NCBI GenBank assembly: GCA_012518075.1
Contig: JAAYTG010000025.1
Span: 1 to 43,947 of the forward strand
Length of the DNA stretch: 43,947 bases
Origin: Clostridiales bacterium
GTDB lineage: Bacteria; Bacillota; Clostridia; Caldicoprobacterales; UBA3941
Direction: 5' to 3'
Below the pieces are notes generated by a model. The model saw nothing but the letters and a program-made list of their open reading frames with translations, did no database searches and was not told where the DNA came from. Shown piece by piece: positions 9,453-17,870 of the stretch. The stretch's first letter is position 1. Every line of letters starts with the position of its first letter. A program made the position numbers and the translations under genes.

Positions 9453-9641
9453 TTTTTTCACCTCTTAATCCATGATAATTTATCCATATAGGATTGTCTA
9501 TGCATTGTACTAGTCTGACACATATAACCCAATGAAGATTATGTATGATTTATGGACTAACTAGCACAAGAAAATAATCTATTCTTTATTAATATTCTAT
9601 CATTTTATATGAAAAGGTACAATTATTACAAATCAAAAGAC

Positions 9642-9666
9642 AAAAAAAGCAACCATAATAGTTGCC
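9642..9666 (-). terminator. Intrinsic terminator after crh.
   Basis: The minus strand reads GGCAAC-tattatg-GTTGC followed by TTTTTTT. Confidence 0.7.
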
Positions 9667-9699
9667 TTATATAGCTAGTCGATATTTTCTTTAAGCCTT

Positions 9700-9975
9700 C
9701 TAAACTTCAGGCACCCGACTAAAATTCGAATCTATTAATTCTGTTAAAGCTTTAAGGGCATTTTCTTCATCATCACCTTCGATAATAATAGTAATTTCAT
9801 CATCTTGACCAACACCCAAAGACATTATACCCATAATGCTTTTAGCATTGACTTTCTTTGAATCAATTTCCACCCAAATCCTAGAGTCAAACTTGCTAGC
9901 AACTTGGACGAACAGTGCCGCCGGTCTCGCACTAAGACCATCTTCATGCATTATTTTAAAATCTGTGTTTATCAA
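9700..9975 (-). CDS. crh: HPr-like protein of the Crh type. It lacks His15 (Ser15 instead) and retains Ser46.
   Basis: 91 aa. GLS15ARPAALFVQ and KKVNAKS46IMGIMSL are present. The TTG start overlaps the whiA stop (TTGA). The position downstream of whiA matches the B. subtilis yvcJ-yvcK-yvcL-crh arrangement. Confidence 0.85.
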   Translation of the reverse strand: MINTDFKIMHEDGLSARPAALFVQVASKFDSRIWVEIDSKKVNAKSIMGIMSLGVGQDDEITIIIEGDDEENALKALTELIDSNFSRVPEV

Positions 9976-10937
9976 CTGGTTCTCCCCCTTTTGCTTCTTA
10001 TGTCCTCTGCCATCTTATCCAATTTTCTTAGACGGTGATTTACACCTGACTTGCCAATTGGAGGACTTAACATTTCTCCTAATTCTTTCAGGCTAGCATC
10101 GGGATTATCCAGCCTAAGTTCAGCAACCTCTTTAAGAGCAGGTGATAACTTGGATAATCCATAATGTTTACTTAGATATTTGATATTCTCTATCTGTCTA
10201 ACAGCTGCATTTATGGTTTTACTTAAATTAGCCGTCTCGCAATTAACAATCCTATTTATATTGTTACGCATATCCTTATAAATCCTAATGTTTTCCAAAT
10301 CCAGAAGGGCTGAATGAGCTCCTATAATGCTCAATAAATTTACAATATGTTCTCCTTCCTTTAGGTATACTACATAATTATTCTTTCTTTCTATAGTCTT
10401 GGCACTCAAGCCAAATTGATTAATAAGATCACGTAAACTGTTGGCATAGACTTCATTGTGGGTCACAATTTCCAAATGATAAATTTTTTCCGGGTCACTA
10501 ACCGATCCTCCACCTAAAAAAGCGCCTCTAATATATGCCCTTTTACAGCATCTTTTCTTAATAAGTTCAGGGTGTATTGCACGATTAATCCATAAATCAC
10601 CTTCCTCCTTCCATCTTATTATGCCGATACCTTCTAAAATCCTCATAACTTGTTGATCATTTGATAGAACTAGATAGTAATTATTGTTTTTTCTTAATCG
10701 CTGATTTTTTCTAATCATTACCTCCATTTGAACATTATACTGCTTCTTTAACAATGAGTAAATTCGTCGAGCAATTGCTGGGTTCTCGGTATTCACCCGC
10801 AGACTTACCTTTTTCCTTCCACCTAGATGAATAGTTCCACAAATCTGTATTAAGGCAGCCAATTCAGCAAGAGTACAACATGACCTTTGGTCTGTTATAT
10901 GGCAAAGCTCATTTTTAGCTCTAGATGAAAAGGTCAT
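9972..10937 (-). CDS. whiA: DNA-binding sporulation/cell-division regulator WhiA.
   Basis: The ORF track gives 9972-10946 (GTG start). AGGAG at 10947-10951 abuts that GTG and is 9 nt from the ATG at 10937, which gives MTFSSRAKNEL, a typical WhiA N-terminus. LAGLIDADG-like core and C-terminal HTH (GKSGVNHRLRKL). Confidence 0.9.
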   Translation of the reverse strand: MTFSSRAKNELCHITDQRSCCTLAELAALIQICGTIHLGGRKKVSLRVNTENPAIARRIYSLLKKQYNVQMEVMIRKNQRLRKNNNYYLVLSNDQQVMRILEGIGIIRWKEEGDLWINRAIHPELIKKRCCKRAYIRGAFLGGGSVSDPEKIYHLEIVTHNEVYANSLRDLINQFGLSAKTIERKNNYVVYLKEGEHIVNLLSIIGAHSALLDLENIRIYKDMRNNINRIVNCETANLSKTINAAVRQIENIKYLSKHYGLSKLSPALKEVAELRLDNPDASLKELGEMLSPPIGKSGVNHRLRKLDKMAEDIRSKRGRTS

Positions 10938-10988
10938 CTGCTTCACTCCTTTATAAAACTAATAATATATAATAGTTGTTTGCTTTCT

Positions 10989-11846
10989 CTAAGCATCGGA
11001 AATATCTCTATGCTCAATGGAAACCCGGTATCCCTTATCCTGCAGAATCTCGTAAAGGGCATCTCCTAAAGCCACGGATCTGTGCATTCCTCCAGTGCAT
11101 CCGATACCTACAACCAGCTGCAGCTTCCCCTCTTTTGTATAATAAGGTATCAGAAAATCTAGCATATCTACTAGTTTGTCCATAAACTTATTTGTTTCGG
11201 AAAACTTAAAGACATAGTCCCTTACTTCAGGCTTTTGACCAGTGTGTATTTTCAGCTCATCTATATAGAATGGATTGGGCAAGAATCTTACGTCAAAGAC
11301 TAAATCTGCATCTAACAGGATGCCATGTTTAAATCCAAATGAAATTATAGATACTAGCAATCCTTCATTGTATTGATGATCGTGAAATAATTCAGTGAGA
11401 TTCTCCTTTAATTGCTTGGGATAAAGGTTGCTGGTATCAATTATATGATCTGATATCTCCTTTATTATCTCTAGCCTTTCTCTCTCCTTTTGTATTCCAG
11501 AAATAACTCGTCCTTCTTTTACCAAAGGATGGGCTCTTCGGCTTTCCTTATATCTTTTAATCAAAACATTATCTGCTGCCTCTAAGAATAGTATTTCATA
11601 AGTGTATCCTTCTTCTTTCATTTCTGATAGACATCCTAAAAGATCATCAAAGAAGCCCCGTCCACGAATATCCACAACAATAGCCACCTTATCTATTCTA
11701 CCCTCAGATTCTTGACACAGCTCAACAAATCTGAGAATCAGTTTAGGTGGTAGGTTATCAATACAGAAAAAACCCATATCCTCTAAATATCTAATAGCCA
11801 TGGTTTTACCAGCCCCCGATAGACCAGTAACTATTAAAAATTTCAT
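10989..11846 (-). CDS. rapZ: RNase adapter / nucleotide-binding protein RapZ (YvcJ).
   Basis: 285 aa. Walker A motif GLSGAGKT and a C-terminal GCTGGMHRS motif. Confidence 0.92.
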   Translation of the reverse strand: MKFLIVTGLSGAGKTMAIRYLEDMGFFCIDNLPPKLILRFVELCQESEGRIDKVAIVVDIRGRGFFDDLLGCLSEMKEEGYTYEILFLEAADNVLIKRYKESRRAHPLVKEGRVISGIQKERERLEIIKEISDHIIDTSNLYPKQLKENLTELFHDHQYNEGLLVSIISFGFKHGILLDADLVFDVRFLPNPFYIDELKIHTGQKPEVRDYVFKFSETNKFMDKLVDMLDFLIPYYTKEGKLQLVVGIGCTGGMHRSVALGDALYEILQDKGYRVSIEHRDISDA

Positions 11847-11861
11847 GAATACACCTTCTTC

Positions 11862-12608
11862 CTAAGTTAGCTTGGCAATGCCAGCGTTAACTATTCGATC
11901 CGGGCTTAAACCTGCTTCCATAGCGATCTGAATGCCGGTTTCAAAGTCACCCACCTTGGAAGGATGGTGGGCGTCACTACTGATAACAAAACTAGCACCT
12001 TCCCTCATAGCTATTCTAACATATTCTGCAGTCATAAATCCATGACTTGCATTAATTTCTAAGGCAACATTTCTTTTTGCAGCATGCTTTGCCAGTAATC
12101 TTGTATCAATATCGATCTTTGCACCAGGATGAGTTATGATCCTTATGGGGTATCTATAAATGGCTTTTATCATAGCCTTTGTATTTTGTTTTCTTGTTTT
12201 ATCTTTGTCCACTGGTAAAAAAGATGAAACAGCATTTCTGCCAAATAAGTCTAGAGTGTCTTTGAATGACTTAGGTATTGCCCCTTTATGAAAGCCCATT
12301 AGAATAATATCGAATTTATCCATATGGTCCTCTGGTATATCAATGGTTCCATCCATCCCAATTAGGTTGGCCTCTATACCTAGCAAAATATCTATATCCG
12401 AATACTTAAGACTTAACCTTTGGATTTCTTCCCTCATCATGTCTACATCTTTAGGTCTTATTCCAAATCCAATATGCCCGAATCCGTGATCAGTTATAGC
12501 TATTCTTTTCAATCCTTTTTTACGCGCTGCTAGAACATTATCTTCTATAGTACCCTTACCATGGCTATATCTAGTATGGGTGTGATAATCAGCTGTAATA
12601 TGATACAT
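11862..12608 (-). CDS. PHP-domain metal-dependent phosphoesterase (histidinol-phosphatase-like family).
   Basis: 248 aa. DYHTHTRYSHGKG...IAITDHG...SSDAHH are PHP motifs. Its start overlaps the murB stop by 1 nt. Confidence 0.8.
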   Translation of the reverse strand: MYHITADYHTHTRYSHGKGTIEDNVLAARKKGLKRIAITDHGFGHIGFGIRPKDVDMMREEIQRLSLKYSDIDILLGIEANLIGMDGTIDIPEDHMDKFDIILMGFHKGAIPKSFKDTLDLFGRNAVSSFLPVDKDKTRKQNTKAMIKAIYRYPIRIITHPGAKIDIDTRLLAKHAAKRNVALEINASHGFMTAEYVRIAMREGASFVISSDAHHPSKVGDFETGIQIAMEAGLSPDRIVNAGIAKLT

Positions 12609-13528
12609 TATTCCTCCCCTATTATTCTAACTTCAGGAACCATTTCTACTCCATATTTATCCAGAATAATCTCTTGAACTTTTTTTATCAGATCAATCAC
12701 ATTTTGTGCCGTAGCATTACCCAGATTGATTATAAATCCAGCATGGAGCTCTGATATCTGTGCTTCTCCTATCCGTAACCCCTTTAGACCACAATCTTGA
12801 ATTAACTTGCCCGCATAGTATCCTACAGGACGTTTAAAAGTACTTCCTGCACTAGGATAAGAAAGAGGTTGTTTTTCCCTTCTTCTTCTGGCAAGATCAG
12901 CCATTAAAGATCGGGACTCTTGTTTATCCCCATATTCTAGCTCTAAATCTACTTCCAATACTATCATATTATTTGTTTGTATACAGCTAGTGCGATATCC
13001 AAACTCCATATCTTCTAGTTTTAAATGATGAAAATTGCCCATGGGATCAACTGCTTTTACCCTTGATACTACGCTCTTCATCTCACCACCATAGGCACCT
13101 GCATTCATGGTAACTGCACCGCCTAAGGTCCCAGGTATCCCATTAGCAAACTCTAGTCCCTTTAGGCTGTTCTTTACTGCCGCCTTAGACAGAGTTGACA
13201 TTAGTATGCCAGATTGAGCTTTTATTAGCTTATCATATATTTCAATTTGATTATAATTCTCTGATATTTTTAGGACTATGCCCCTTATTCCTTTATCTCT
13301 TACCAATAAGTTAGATCCATTACCCATAACAAAAATAGGAACTGAGAATGCATTACATACATTCAATGTGTGAACAATCTCCTCTTCATTGGCTGGAAGA
13401 ACTAGAATATCAGCCGGCCCTCCAATTCTAAAAGATGTATGGTTTTTCATAGGTTCATTTAATAAGAGTTGTCCAGATGGTATGATTCTATTAAGCCTTT
13501 TATAAACATTTTCTATATCTATAGTCAT
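12608..13528 (-). CDS. murB: UDP-N-acetylenolpyruvoylglucosamine reductase.
   Basis: 306 aa. FAD-binding FRIGGPAD...GNGSNLL, and GSTFKRP near the C-terminal domain. Confidence 0.95.
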   Translation of the reverse strand: MTIDIENVYKRLNRIIPSGQLLLNEPMKNHTSFRIGGPADILVLPANEEEIVHTLNVCNAFSVPIFVMGNGSNLLVRDKGIRGIVLKISENYNQIEIYDKLIKAQSGILMSTLSKAAVKNSLKGLEFANGIPGTLGGAVTMNAGAYGGEMKSVVSRVKAVDPMGNFHHLKLEDMEFGYRTSCIQTNNMIVLEVDLELEYGDKQESRSLMADLARRRREKQPLSYPSAGSTFKRPVGYYAGKLIQDCGLKGLRIGEAQISELHAGFIINLGNATAQNVIDLIKKVQEIILDKYGVEMVPEVRIIGEE

Positions 13529-13611
13529 TGCATTTCACTCCCTGCTAAGGAATAGTTCATAGCTATTCACATTTCTTCTAGTTTACATTATTTCTTATCT
13601 TCCTTCAACAG

Positions 13612-14871
13612 CTATTCTAGCATACCGGACTCATCATTACTTTCAACACTAAATATTTTCATTATCTCATCTATATTATCTTGCCAATAACTATCATTAG
13701 GATAAAATTTAAAATTCTCAAGTCTCTCTTCCAGTATTTGCATTTCAGGATCATTTTCATAAATACCGTCTATATCTTTTACGATAGGGAACATACCAAT
13801 TCTTTTCAAATCTATTTGAGCCTCATCATTTAATAGGGATTTTAGAAAGGCAATGGCCATTTCTGTTTTTTCCTTGTCATCCTTTTTAATTAGTCCATAG
13901 GAGATAATTTGATCCTGAAACAAGCCTTCTTTTCCCTCCAGAGGTAGGATGGATATCCCAAGCTCAAAACCTTTGCCCTGAGATTGCAAAGCCCTAGCCC
14001 TATATAGGGTTCTAGTATTACCTAGGAACATCCCAACCCTTTGCTCCTCTAGGAACAGTTTCATTGCAGTATCCTTATCAGAGTTTGCTATATCTTCCGG
14101 CACTAGCTTTTCCTTGCCCAGCCAGCTATGTATATATTTATATCCAAGGTCATCCTGTATCTTTCCTTTATTATTATAAATCATGCTCAGAATAGGTTTT
14201 GAATATCTCGTGTTGTAGCTTCCGAAACCATAATAATTAATTTCCTTGCCTCTTTCCCCTTTTGTATAGGGAAACCTATTCATTATATTATCCAAGGCTG
14301 CATAATTAATCTCAGTATCCTCTATAGATATTTCTTGTTCCCTTAACAAATCTTTGTTGAAAAATAATGCGTACGTCCCCATCATAATAGGGACACCTCG
14401 TATATAATCCTCTCCCAGTATAGATTTTTGTGCTAGAGGAACTATTCTCTCCAGCTCCTCTTGATTAAAGTATATACTTAAATCTTCATATAAAGTAGAA
14501 GAATTAAAAACCTGGTGAGGAGGTATAGTGATAATATCTGGTAATATATCTTTATCTATACTCCCCGAAAAATACATCTCTGCCCTTTGTGGATTCAGTT
14601 TTCTCACATCGATAAAGACTCCGGGGTTTTGCCTTTCAAATTTGTCAATCCAAGGATTCAGCCAGTTGGCATTAGAGCCCGTCCCAGTTTCAACATAGGA
14701 TACGTCCCAAAGTGTTATTATGCCCGTCCATAATGGAGCTGATTCTAGGTCATTATTATAGCGATGTTTGTCTTTATTATAATCAAATAGAAAGATCTTT
14801 GTACCTATTAGTAAATAAATTCCTATAAGCATGCATAGAAAAAGAGTAAACGGTTTTATGCGTCTTTTCAC
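13612..14871 (-). CDS. Membrane-anchored extracellular solute-binding protein (SBP family 1-like). Orphan: no permease or ATPase gene is adjacent.
   Basis: The ORF track gives 13612-14877. The second GTG at 14871 has AGGAGGA 7 nt upstream. The N-terminal TM helix (FTLFLCMLIGIYLLIG) is not followed by a lipobox cysteine. YALFFNKDLL and the overall ~420-aa size are typical of sugar-type SBPs. Confidence 0.6.
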   Translation of the reverse strand: MKRRIKPFTLFLCMLIGIYLLIGTKIFLFDYNKDKHRYNNDLESAPLWTGIITLWDVSYVETGTGSNANWLNPWIDKFERQNPGVFIDVRKLNPQRAEMYFSGSIDKDILPDIITIPPHQVFNSSTLYEDLSIYFNQEELERIVPLAQKSILGEDYIRGVPIMMGTYALFFNKDLLREQEISIEDTEINYAALDNIMNRFPYTKGERGKEINYYGFGSYNTRYSKPILSMIYNNKGKIQDDLGYKYIHSWLGKEKLVPEDIANSDKDTAMKLFLEEQRVGMFLGNTRTLYRARALQSQGKGFELGISILPLEGKEGLFQDQIISYGLIKKDDKEKTEMAIAFLKSLLNDEAQIDLKRIGMFPIVKDIDGIYENDPEMQILEERLENFKFYPNDSYWQDNIDEIMKIFSVESNDESGMLE

Positions 14872-14944
14872 GACCACTCCTCCTAATAAAACCCTTTACT
14901 CCATTTATATGGGCGCCTTTTAGGGGGTATTCCAGCAAAGTCTA

Positions 14945-15889
14945 TTATAATTTTCCTAGCATAGCAGCACCTATTATGCCAGCATCATTCCCCAGCACTG
15001 CTTGGGTTATTTCTGCATATGGTGCTTCTTTATAGAATATATGCTCTTTGACTTTTTTCTTTAACGCATCAAACAAAAAATCTCCTGCTCCAGCTACACC
15101 CCCACCTATAGCAATAATAGCCGGATCAAAAGAATTTATTATCGTAATAATACCCATTGCCAAATAATAAATATAATTATCAAATAGTTTAAGGGCTGTC
15201 ACATCCCCTTTTTTTGCAGCGTCGATAACCGTTTTTGCAGTTATCCTATCCAGATTTCTATCTACCAATTGGTAGATTAGAGAATCAGAATGATTCTTCG
15301 CAGCTTTTTTCCCTTCACTAATAAGAGCAGTAGCAGAGGCGTACCTTTCCCAACACCCTTTGTTTCCGCATGTACATTGAATTCCATCCACATGAATGAT
15401 TAAATGGCCTAGCTCTGCCCCAACGGAATGCGCCCCACTATATGGTTTGCCATTGATTATAATACCCGCTCCAATACCAGTGCCTAGGGTTAATGTAATA
15501 GAATTCTCTGCTCCCTGGCAAGCACCAGCTACTGCCTCGGCCAAGCCAGCAGTATTTCCATCATTATCAAGATGTATGGGTAAATCAAAGTACTTATGTA
15601 ATTCATCCCTAATAGGGGCATTTTCCCATCCCAGATTGCTAGCTAAGACAATAGTTCCTTTCTTGTTATCTGGTAAGCCAGTGGAGCCTATACCTATAGC
15701 TTTTAGATCTTCCTGTTTATAATCAGATTCCTCAATGACATCCTGTATTAGTTTGGCCATATCCCCAATTATCTCTTCAAAAGGTCGACCTACACCCGTG
15801 GGGATTTCCCCTTTATAAACTATTTTTCCCTTTTCATCAACTAAACCAACTCCTATGTTGGTTCCACCTAAATCTACTCCAATATACAT
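14945..15889 (-). CDS. glcK: ROK-family glucokinase.
   Basis: DLGGTNIGVGLVDEKG, GAELGH and the CTCGNKGCWE zinc motif. Confidence 0.9.
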   Translation of the reverse strand: MYIGVDLGGTNIGVGLVDEKGKIVYKGEIPTGVGRPFEEIIGDMAKLIQDVIEESDYKQEDLKAIGIGSTGLPDNKKGTIVLASNLGWENAPIRDELHKYFDLPIHLDNDGNTAGLAEAVAGACQGAENSITLTLGTGIGAGIIINGKPYSGAHSVGAELGHLIIHVDGIQCTCGNKGCWERYASATALISEGKKAAKNHSDSLIYQLVDRNLDRITAKTVIDAAKKGDVTALKLFDNYIYYLAMGIITIINSFDPAIIAIGGGVAGAGDFLFDALKKKVKEHIFYKEAPYAEITQAVLGNDAGIIGAAMLGKL

Positions 15890-15929
15890 GTCCTGCTCTC
15901 CTTTATCACAATAACCTATATAAGAATAG

Positions 15930-16868
15930 CTATTGTTCCCTGTTCTTTTCGATCAAAGCATTTAACCGGTTATCCAGCTCTTGAGCTGCATTATAACCTA
16001 AGTGCTTAAGTCTCCAATTACGAGCAGCCACTTCTACAATAATGGCAAGGTTCCTACCAGGTCTAACAGGAATTACAATTTTAGGCAATCTTACACCCAA
16101 AATCTCTGTATATTCTTCAGTTAAACCCAGTCGGTCATATTCTTTACTGTTATCCCAAAACTCTAAATAGATGACTATGTCTAATGGTTTATTATTTATT
16201 ACCGCACCTACACCGTACATGGATTTTATATCAATTATCCCTATACCCCTTATCTCCATAAAGTGTCGAATTAGTTCTGGAGACTCGCCAATAAGACGGC
16301 TGTCAGCAACTTTCTTTATCTCAACTGCATCATCAGCCACTAGGCGGTGACCTCTCTTTACTAATTCCAATGCAGTTTCACTCTTACCAATTCCACTCTC
16401 ACCCATGAGAAATACTCCTGCCCCATATACATCAACCAGTACTCCATGGCGAGTTATCTTAGGTGCCAATGCAGAACCTAGATAATTAATAAGCTTCTCT
16501 ATTAGAGTACTAGTAGATAAGGCCGATCTAAAGAGGCATCTTTTATTTTTCTTTGCTAATTCTAAAAGATAATCGGGAATATCCATATTCCTTGAAACAA
16601 TGAGACAGGGAAATTCATAATCAAAGAACCTCTCTAGTTGTTGCTGTCGAAAACTAGGGTCCATGCTTTGCAGATAGGTCATTTCCACCTTCCCAAGGAC
16701 TTGTATCCTTTCCGAAGCAAAATAGTCAAAAAAACCTGCAAATTGCAAGCCAGGTCTATTGACATCGCTAGTACTTATATCCATGGTCTCGGATTCCGAA
16801 CAGGTAATAATCTCTAGATTCATTTCTTTTATAATTTTTTCTATAGGTATAGTTGTCAATAACATCAA
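15930..16868 (-). CDS. hprK: HPr kinase/phosphorylase.
   Basis: 312 aa. GESGIGKSETALELVKRGHRLVADD. Its start overlaps the stop of the upstream Cof gene (ATGA). Confidence 0.95.
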   Translation of the reverse strand: MMLLTTIPIEKIIKEMNLEIITCSESETMDISTSDVNRPGLQFAGFFDYFASERIQVLGKVEMTYLQSMDPSFRQQQLERFFDYEFPCLIVSRNMDIPDYLLELAKKNKRCLFRSALSTSTLIEKLINYLGSALAPKITRHGVLVDVYGAGVFLMGESGIGKSETALELVKRGHRLVADDAVEIKKVADSRLIGESPELIRHFMEIRGIGIIDIKSMYGVGAVINNKPLDIVIYLEFWDNSKEYDRLGLTEEYTEILGVRLPKIVIPVRPGRNLAIIVEVAARNWRLKHLGYNAAQELDNRLNALIEKNREQ

Positions 16869-17668
16869 CCCCTCTTCAATATAAATTTATCAATAACTTT
16901 AGCCACTCCGTCCTCGTCATTTGAGCTTGTAATGTAATCAGCATGAGTTTTTACGTCTTCAGGGGCATTTCCCATGGCGACTCCCAATCCGGCATATTGG
17001 ATCATGGAAATATCATTGTAGCTATCTCCAATGGCCATAATATTGTTTCTGGAAACTCCTTTTAGGTTAGCTAAGTATTCTAAAGCCTTTCCTTTGGTAG
17101 CCTCTCTATGAGTAAATTCTAGATAAAATGGTCTTGACATTGTAATCTCGATTTCTTCACCAAAGATTTTAGAAAATTCATCCCTGAGCTCAACAATTCT
17201 ATGGGGCTCGTCAACGATCAAAACTTTGTTGGGGGCTTCAAGATCGAATCTATCCCATGAGCCTACTGATTTCCCCTTAACTCCTACATTTTCATGGTAT
17301 AACTCACTATATTTGTTATGCTCTTCAACATAGTATTCATCCCCAATATAGATCTGAAGGTGTGCACCTTTACCTTTACATATGCCAATGATTTCCTCAG
17401 TAACATCTATAGGCAAAGTTCGATTATATATTACCTCATGGGAAAATGCATTTTTTATATATCCTCCCTGATAGGTAATTATAGGAACATCTAAACCTAG
17501 TTGCTGAGCAAATACCATGGCTGATACAAACATTCTACCAGTAGCAATTGTAACTATTACTCCTTGTTCCCTAGCTTTTATTAAGGCATCCTTGTTCTTT
17601 GCGCTTATCATTAAGTCAGTTCCTAGCAGGGAATCATCCAGATCCACTGCTATGAGTTTGTATTGCAA
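16865..17668 (-). CDS. Cof-type HAD-IIB phosphatase.
   Basis: The ORF track gives 16865-17677 (GTG start). SD GAGGTG (17675-17680) overlaps that GTG and is 6 nt from the TTG at 17668, which gives MQYKLIAVDLDDSLL (HAD motif I). GDSYNDISM is motif IV. Confidence 0.85.
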   Translation of the reverse strand: MQYKLIAVDLDDSLLGTDLMISAKNKDALIKAREQGVIVTIATGRMFVSAMVFAQQLGLDVPIITYQGGYIKNAFSHEVIYNRTLPIDVTEEIIGICKGKGAHLQIYIGDEYYVEEHNKYSELYHENVGVKGKSVGSWDRFDLEAPNKVLIVDEPHRIVELRDEFSKIFGEEIEITMSRPFYLEFTHREATKGKALEYLANLKGVSRNNIMAIGDSYNDISMIQYAGLGVAMGNAPEDVKTHADYITSSNDEDGVAKVIDKFILKRG

Positions 17669-17870
17669 GCATCTCACCTCATATCGAAATAATCTATTGT
17701 GCTAGTACATATATTATGGCTAAAGAAAGATGATGTCCTATTGATTAGTGATGAAGTTAACAATAAATCGACATTATAATTATAGGGTTAAGTAGCACAA
17801 GAAATAAATTATAAAGAAAGCTTATTGTAATCTATAGTATATATTGTATCAATTTCCATGTCTAGTATAT

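Noticed and set aside
14878-14944. Possible terminator between glcK and the SBP gene (CCCU...AGGG followed by UUUU).
   Set aside because: Only about 4 bp pair cleanly before mismatches, which is too weak to call.
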